IMG/VR virus record: IMGVR_UViG_2713896778_000022
Strand: one strand, 5' to 3'
Length of the DNA stretch: 4,443 bases
DNA from: a virus
Lineage: Duplodnaviria > Heunggongvirae > Uroviricota > Caudoviricetes
Shown: positions 1 through 4,443 of the stretch, one piece after another
Position numbering within the stretch: the stretch's first letter is position 1
Layout: each line of letters starts with the position of its first letter
The notes under the pieces: generated by a model
What the model was told of the DNA's origin: nothing
The model's database searches: none
The model's input: only the letters and a program-made list of their open reading frames with translations
Program-made: the position numbers and the translations under genes

Positions 1-576
1 CGGGAATTATCGCTGGCTGAATTATCCTGGTGGGCAGTCTGCAATCAGGTGGTGGACGCATTACCTGAGGCAGTATCGCGTCGTTCTCTGGGATTACCGG
101 CGGAAAAAATCCGCTCCGTATACCGTGAAAGCGACATCATACCGGGAGAACAGACCGCCACCAGCATACTGAAGCAGCGCACAAAAAATATTGCGCTACC
201 GCCTCACACCCACCAGCAACAGAACCCACCACAGGAAAAGACGGTGGTCAGCATTGCCGTTGATCCGGAGTCTCCGGAATCCTTCATGAAACGACCTAAA
301 CGTCGCCGCTGGGTAAATGAGAAATACACACGCTGGGTAAAGACACAGCCGTGTGCGTGTTGTGGTAAGCCAGCGGACGATCCTCATCATCTGATTGGTC
401 ATGGTCAGGGTGGAATGGGAACAAAATCCCACGATATTTTCACGCTACCGCTGTGTCGGGAGCATCACAACGAGCTTCATGCGGATCCGCTGGCGTTCGA
501 AGAAAAGCATGGTTCTCAGGTTGATTTAATTTTTCGTTTTCTTGATCACGCCTTTGCAACTGGCGTGCTTGGGTAA
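1..576 (+). CDS. DUF968-family prophage protein (YdfU-like), C-terminal part; 5' end lies outside the window
   Basis: The frame of ORF 49..576 stays open back to base 1 with no stop, so the GTG at 49 is probably internal. The translation carries a Cys/His cluster (PCACCGKP..DDPHHLIGHG..LCREHHNELH, about nt 352..479) that I recognise as the DUF968 signature of lambdoid prophages. Stop TAA at 574..576. It sits just upstream of a rusA-like gene, as in known prophage nin regions. Confidence 0.7.
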   Translation, partial: RELSLAELSWWAVCNQVVDALPEAVSRRSLGLPAEKIRSVYRESDIIPGEQTATSILKQRTKNIALPPHTHQQQNPPQEKTVVSIAVDPESPESFMKRPKRRRWVNEKYTRWVKTQPCACCGKPADDPHHLIGHGQGGMGTKSHDIFTLPLCREHHNELHADPLAFEEKHGSQVDLIFRFLDHAFATGVLG

Positions 577-588
577 AAGAGGTGACTG

Positions 589-905
589 ATGCTCATAGAT
601 TTGGTTTTACCTTACCCGCCGACGGTGAACACTTACTGGCGACGCCGTGGCAGCACATATTTTATCTCGGAGGAGGGAAAGCGTTATCGCCGGGCTGTGG
701 CGCTTATTGTTCGCCAGCAGCGGCTGAAATTAAGCCTGTCCNNNNNNNNNNNNNNNNNNNNNNNNNNNNNNNNNNNNNNNNNNNNNNNNNNCATGCGGAA
801 GTGCTCATTGATGACGAGCAGTTTGATGAAATCAATATTGTGCGCGGTCAGCCAGTATCTGGTGGACGGCTGGGTGTGAAGATTTACAAAATTGAGAGTG
901 AGTGA
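589..905 (+). CDS. rusA: RusA-like Holliday junction resolvase, interrupted by an N-gap at 743..791
   Basis: ATG at 589 is preceded by AAGAGGTG (Shine-Dalgarno-like). The N-terminal segment MLIDLVLPYPPTVNTYWRRRG..EEGKRYRRAV resembles the RusA N-terminus, and the segment after the gap (..VRGQPVSGGRLGVKIYKIESE, stop TGA 903..905) resembles the RusA C-terminus. The two halves are in different frames of the ORF track (589.. and 582..), which is what an arbitrary-length N placeholder would produce rather than a real frameshift. Confidence 0.75.
743..791. other. run of 49 N (assembly gap or masked sequence) inside rusA
   Basis: Unbroken N characters; the reading frame differs on either side. Confidence 0.95.
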
Positions 906-913
906 GCGTAAAT

Positions 914-1444
914 ATGATATATCCGGAAATTACAGGCAAAAGCGGCGAACATTTACGCCTGAACACGCTGGAAGCAGTCTGGATCCAGGGGAAATTACGG
1001 ATGTGGGGGCGGTGGTCGTATATCGGTGGGGGTAAATCCGGAAATATGTTTAACCGGTTACTGGTTTCGAAAAAGCTGACGAAAACAGCAGTTAATGAGG
1101 TTTTACGCAGCATGAAGAAATCCGGGCTGGAAAAACCGGAACTTGAGGCATTTTTTCGGGATATGACCAGAGGGAAGCAGAAGAGCTGGTTGTCACATTG
1201 TACAGACACAGAGGCGTTGATTATTGATCGCGTTATCAGTGAGGTGCTTGGGGAATATCCCGGGCTAATCAATATTCTCCGGCAAAGGTACGAAGGACGG
1301 GGAATGAGTAAGAGAAAAATGGCAGAATGTTTAAATCGTACTCACCCGGAATGGTGTTTCAGCACATGTGAGAAACGTATTGCAGGTTGGTTAGCCGTGG
1401 CTGAACACATGCTTTATGTACCTATGCACGATTCATTTCGATAA
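914..1444 (+). CDS. phage late-gene antitermination protein Q (QuuD/phage-82-like family)
   Basis: The ORF runs 902..1444, beginning with a GTG that overlaps the rusA stop (GTGA); the first ATG is at 914. The N-terminal motif LEAVWIQGKLRMWGRWSYIGGG resembles the ..ERWGAWA.. motif I recall in QuuD-type Q proteins. It lies directly after rusA and directly before an intrinsic terminator, as expected for Q. The exact start (902 versus 914) is uncertain. Confidence 0.65.
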   Translation: MIYPEITGKSGEHLRLNTLEAVWIQGKLRMWGRWSYIGGGKSGNMFNRLLVSKKLTKTAVNEVLRSMKKSGLEKPELEAFFRDMTRGKQKSWLSHCTDTEALIIDRVISEVLGEYPGLINILRQRYEGRGMSKRKMAECLNRTHPEWCFSTCEKRIAGWLAVAEHMLYVPMHDSFR

Positions 1445-1540
1445 AAAAAGCTTGCTTTTTTACGCAGAAACAGCTTGAATTCCTGTAAGCTTCGCAAAGC
1501 TGTATCGCGAGGCGAAATGCAAGTTTTTTCGCACAAGGAA
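1445..1540 (+). promoter_or_regulatory. candidate late promoter (PR') and Q-utilisation region
   Basis: Position only: a non-coding stretch between the Q stop and an intrinsic terminator, where lambdoid phages place PR'/qut. Hexamers such as TTGCTT (1452..1457) and TTGAAT (1475..1480) are present, but I could not pair any with a convincing -10, so the promoter is not located precisely. Confidence 0.3.
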
Positions 1541-1562
1541 GCCACCGGAAGGTGGTTTTTTT
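1541..1562 (+). terminator. Rho-independent terminator (candidate tR')
   Basis: GCCACC-GGAA-GGTGG hairpin (5-6 bp GC-rich stem, GGAA loop) immediately followed by seven T (1556..1562). Confidence 0.6.
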
Positions 1563-1685
1563 GTGTCCGTAATATACAGCAGCGCAATAAATTCGCTGGT
1601 GGTTATTAATACCGTTCTTTCAGCTTGCTGGCTTTTTCGACAAGAGTTATTGGTGTGTCACGTTAACCGAAAAAGGGAAAAAGAC

Positions 1686-2000
1686 ATGCTGAAACAGCAG
1701 GATATGACAGAAACCGCCAGAGTGGTGTTTAATGAATTAAGCGTCACCGAACCGGCGACAGTCGGGGAGATTGCGCAGAATACTTACCTTTCANNNNNNN
1801 NNNNNNNNNNNNNNNNNNNNNNNNNNNNNNNNNNNNNNNNNNNATTTGTGGTAAATGGGCGGCTGGTGGGTGTTAGGGGCACTCACCAGCCATCTGCTCA
1901 TGCGTTGGGGTCACAAGCAAACCTCAGGCCCATCTGCTTTGCGCAAAAGCGGTATGAGCCTATCAGAGAAGTGCTTATTGATCTATGGCTAATACTGTAA
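1686..2000 (+). CDS. small hypothetical protein, interrupted by an N-gap at 1794..1843; 3' end overlaps the methyltransferase start
   Basis: ATG at 1686 is preceded by AAAGGGAAA about 7 nt upstream. The first 36 codons read MLKQQDMTETARVVFNELSVTEPATVGEIAQNTYLS. After the gap only one frame stays open, ending at TAA 1998..2000, which overlaps the ATG at 1985. The ORF-track extension back to 1563 has no ribosome-binding site and overlaps the terminator, so I take 1686 as the start. Whether the part after the gap belongs to the same protein cannot be shown. Confidence 0.4.
   Translation: MLKQQDMTETARVVFNELSVTEPATVGEIAQNTYLSXXXXXXXXXXXXXXXXXFVVNGRLVGVRGTHQPSAHALGSQANLRPICFAQKRYEPIREVLIDLWLIL
1794..1843. 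other. run of 50 N (assembly gap or masked sequence) inside the small ORF
   Basis: Unbroken N characters. Confidence 0.95.
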
Positions 2001-3061
2001 AAATATCCAGTTGTGAGTTAATCAACGCCGACTGCCTGGAATTTATCCGGTCATTACCCGAAAATTCTGTTGACCTGATAGTCACGGACCCGCCGTACTT
2101 TAAAGTGAAGCCTGAGGGCTGGGATAACCAGTGGAAGGGCGACGATGATTACCTGAAGTGGCTGGACCAGTGTCTGGCGCAGTTCTGGCGGGTGCTGAAA
2201 CCTGCCGGAAGTCTTTACCTGTTCTGTGGTCATCGCCTGGCATCTGATATCGAAATCATGATGCGTGAACGCTTCAATGTGCTGAACCATATTATCTGGG
2301 CGAAGCCGTCCGGACGCTGGAACGGGTGCAACAAGGAAAGCCTGCGGGCGTATTTTCCGGCCACAGAACGCATTCTGTTCGCGGAACATTATCAGGGGCC
2401 GTATCGTCCGAAAGATGATGGCGATGAGGCGAAGGGCAGGGCACTGAAACAGCATGTGATGGCCCCGCTGATTTCTTACTTTCGTGATGCGCGTGCTGCT
2501 CTTGGGATAACGGCAAAACAGATTGCAGATGCCACAGGAAAGAAAAACATGGTGTCGCACTGGTTCAGTGCCAGTCAGTGGCAGCTACCGAACGAAAGCG
2601 ATTATCTGAAATTACAGTCGCTGTTTGCCCGGGTGGCAGAAGAGAAACATCAGCGGGGAGAACTGGAAAAGTCCCATTACCAACTGGTCAGCACATACAG
2701 TGAGCTGAACCGGCAGTATATGGAACTGCTGAGTGAATATAAAAATTTGCGGCGGTATTTCGGTGTGACGGTGCAGGTGCCGTACACCGATGTGTGGACG
2801 CATAAACCGGTGCAGTACTATCCAGGGAAACATCCGTGCGAAAAACCGGCAGAAATGCTGCGGCAGATAATCTGCGCGAGCAGTCGTCCGGGTGACCTGG
2901 TGGCGGATTTTTTCATGGGTTCTGGCTCAACCATAAAAGCAGCTATGGCGCTCGGGCGTCGTGCAACTGGTGTTGAACTGGAGGCAGAACGTTTTGCGCA
3001 GACCGTTAAGGAGATTAGTCACATCCTTACATGCTCAATTGATGACGGGAAGGATGGATAA
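1985..3061 (+). CDS. beta-class DNA methyltransferase (N6-adenine/N4-cytosine family; DPPY favours N6-adenine), orphan
   Basis: Intact 358-aa ORF. Catalytic motif IV, VTDPPYF, is at aa 33..39 (nt 2087..2098 encode DPPY). The AdoMet-binding motif I, FFMGSGST, is at aa 309..316 (from nt 2909). The order motif IV, then a long variable region, then motif I is the beta-class arrangement. Stop TAA at 3059..3061. No restriction endonuclease candidate is present in the window. Confidence 0.85.
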   Translation: MANTVKISSCELINADCLEFIRSLPENSVDLIVTDPPYFKVKPEGWDNQWKGDDDYLKWLDQCLAQFWRVLKPAGSLYLFCGHRLASDIEIMMRERFNVLNHIIWAKPSGRWNGCNKESLRAYFPATERILFAEHYQGPYRPKDDGDEAKGRALKQHVMAPLISYFRDARAALGITAKQIADATGKKNMVSHWFSASQWQLPNESDYLKLQSLFARVAEEKHQRGELEKSHYQLVSTYSELNRQYMELLSEYKNLRRYFGVTVQVPYTDVWTHKPVQYYPGKHPCEKPAEMLRQIICASSRPGDLVADFFMGSGSTIKAAMALGRRATGVELEAERFAQTVKEISHILTCSIDDGKDG

Positions 3062-3172
3062 AGATATGGTCAGTTCAGGCTGTGAAGCAAGTAGACAGAT
3101 AAGGCTGCAATAAAAACTGACAATAGTAAAATAGCTTTTTCCCAGGTAGTCATGAATACGATCTCTTAAAGC

Positions 3173-3192
3173 GCCCGCTGATACCAGCGGGC
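3173..3192. other. perfect GC-rich hairpin (8-bp stem, 4-nt loop) without a clean U-tract
   Basis: GCCCGCTG-ATAC-CAGCGGGC. On the + strand it is followed by AATACATA; on the - strand by GCTTTAAGAG. It lies about 110 nt downstream of the methyltransferase stop. It could be a weak terminator for either strand or an RNA stability or processing element. Confidence 0.3.
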
Positions 3193-4282
3193 AATACATA
3201 CTGGCATTAATGTTAAGTTCAGGGATAATTCATCGTATTTTGTGGTACGACGCTATCAATATTAATAAACAGTATTTTTCATGTAAAATTTCTGTTTTTT
3301 TTGATCTGATTCTCGTTTCCTGGGTTATGATGTTGTTGTGAACCATGCTGTTGAATGATAATGTTCGGGTATAAAATTGTTGCTGATATGTAGCGCAGTG
3401 AGCGGGTGGTATTTCTGTTGCTGAGTGTACGGATACAGTGCTTCCCTCCCTCAGCGGGGGGGCAGGTGTGCTGTGGTTTTAGAGACACCGGAAACGAGAA
3501 TGATGCGGGTTTGCTGGTGCCGGGATAGAGTCGCCGGAGGTCATGACATAGAGCAAAAAAGGAATGTGCATGCAAATACACACCTCTTCGGAGAGCTCTT
3601 CTTTATATGGATGAGCCTCAAGGTCAATAGTTTATCTGTTATGTATTCATATGTTGTTACTTATATAATCCATACGGGCATATCATCAGTACACACATAC
3701 TATTATGGCATTTTATTTTTGTTTTAACTGAATTCCCGGGGCACTCTTTTTGATTTCTGATAAGGAACCAGAATTTTCTGTTAAATGGTGTCACGTTGTA
3801 AATGGTTAATGGAAGCAGCTTATTATCCATAATCACACCTGAGTTAACAGGTGTGAGAATACTTCCGGGTGGCAGGAACACATCTGACTGATACCAGATT
3901 ATCAACTTTATTTTACACCATACAGTTGAAAACGTTATTCCGCTTGATGGGCATATCACTGTGTCAATAACTATCCATTCCATCTTTTAACCTTCTCGGT
4001 ACACATTGCTTTCGATTGTTTTGCTAAAAATCATAGTCAATAAATCAGTGTAACTCATTGATAAAGATCGTTTTCTTTGTCTTCCTGGGGGTTTCTTTTC
4101 TAATTTTGTATCACTTTGGTTCAAGTTGTTTCATTTTTTGTAATACAAATTAGCAGGATGAGCGGGAATATAAAAAAATCGGATGTTTTTGTAATGGATA
4201 TTATTTTTTGTAAAATAATGTATTTTTATTTAAATCTCTATCAGAAAAGAATTTATTGTTCCTTTATATGGTGGAAAAGGTC

Positions 4283-4443
4283 ATGGTATTTAAACACTAC
4301 GATGTGGTCAGGGCGGCATCGCCGTCAGACCTTGCTGATGCACTTGCGCAAAAAATTCGTGAAGGATGGCAACCATACGGTGGGCCGTTTTCTTCGTATA
4401 CGGATGATGGCGCAGCACTTATTCAGGCGATTGTCGCAGAAGG
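4283..4443 (+). CDS. small phage late-region protein (DUF1737-like), N-terminal 53 codons; 3' end lies outside the window
   Basis: ATG at 4283 is preceded by GGAAAAGG. The translation MVFKHYDVVRAASPSDLADALAQKIREGWQPYGGPFSSYTDDGAALIQAIVAE has the ..GW.PYG..dg..QA.V pattern I associate with the small DUF1737-type proteins found beside lambdoid lysis cassettes. The family name is from memory and not verified. Confidence 0.55.
   Translation, partial: MVFKHYDVVRAASPSDLADALAQKIREGWQPYGGPFSSYTDDGAALIQAIVAE

Noticed and set aside
196-432. 78-aa ORF on the - strand
   Set aside because: Lies entirely antisense within the DUF968 gene, has no ribosome-binding site and a low-complexity, Arg/Cys-rich translation.
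902-913. GTG at 902 as the Q start codon
   Set aside because: Possible, since GTGA would couple it to the rusA stop, but the only Shine-Dalgarno-like sequence (GAGAG at 894..898) is too close to it. The ATG at 914 is favoured, without certainty.
832-1272. 146-aa ORF on the - strand
   Set aside because: Antisense to rusA and Q; Ser/Cys/Phe-rich translation with no recognisable motif. The + strand genes have motif and gene-order support.
1563-1685. N-terminal extension of the small ORF (MSVIYSSAINSLVV...)
   Set aside because: Begins inside the terminator T-run, has no ribosome-binding site and a hydrophobic low-complexity translation. The ATG at 1686 with AAAGGGAAA upstream is a much better start.
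2054-2833. Three - strand ORFs (2054..2560, 2292..2516, 2612..2833) inside the methyltransferase
   Set aside because: Antisense shadows of a well-supported + strand gene. Translations are Arg/His/Cys-rich and lack start signals.
3279-3983. ORFs of about 100 aa in the spacer (3279..3581 -, 3425..3727 +, 3657..3983 -)
   Set aside because: They overlap each other, lack ribosome-binding sites, and give Cys/Trp/Tyr-rich low-complexity translations typical of AT-rich non-coding DNA. Treated as non-coding, though a decayed gene is not excluded.
3062-4282. tRNA genes, as found between Q and stx in Stx phages
   Set aside because: I found no GTTCGAATC-type T-loop motif or cloverleaf-sized paired segments by eye. 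A tRNAscan run would be needed to exclude this formally.
1-4443. Complete restriction-modification system, CRISPR array, IS element or attachment site
   Set aside because: No restriction endonuclease-sized ORF next to the methyltransferase, no regularly spaced direct repeats, and no transposase or integrase ORF or terminal inverted repeats.

Overview
This window reads as the nin/Q-to-late-gene junction of a lambdoid (Enterobacteriaceae-type) prophage, all on the + strand. In order: the 3' part of a DUF968-type Cys/His-motif protein (open to the window start), a RusA-like Holliday-junction resolvase interrupted by an N-gap, a Q-family late antiterminator, a short intergenic region ending in a clear intrinsic terminator (candidate PR'/qut/tR'), a small unknown ORF (also N-gapped) whose stop overlaps the start of a 358-aa beta-class DNA methyltransferase (DPPY near the N-terminus, FxGxG near the C-terminus), then about 1.2 kb of AT-rich DNA with no convincing ORF, and finally the 5' end of a small late-region gene. 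The most unusual parts are the cargo cassette (small ORF plus orphan methyltransferase) sitting where lambdoid phages carry morons such as stx, and the long ORF-free spacer with a GC-rich, hairpin-dense island and a GU-rich motif resembling the GcvB seed, which makes it a candidate non-coding RNA locus. I found no restriction endonuclease, tRNA, CRISPR array, IS element or attachment site. All family assignments are from motif recognition and gene order by eye, since no database search was possible.
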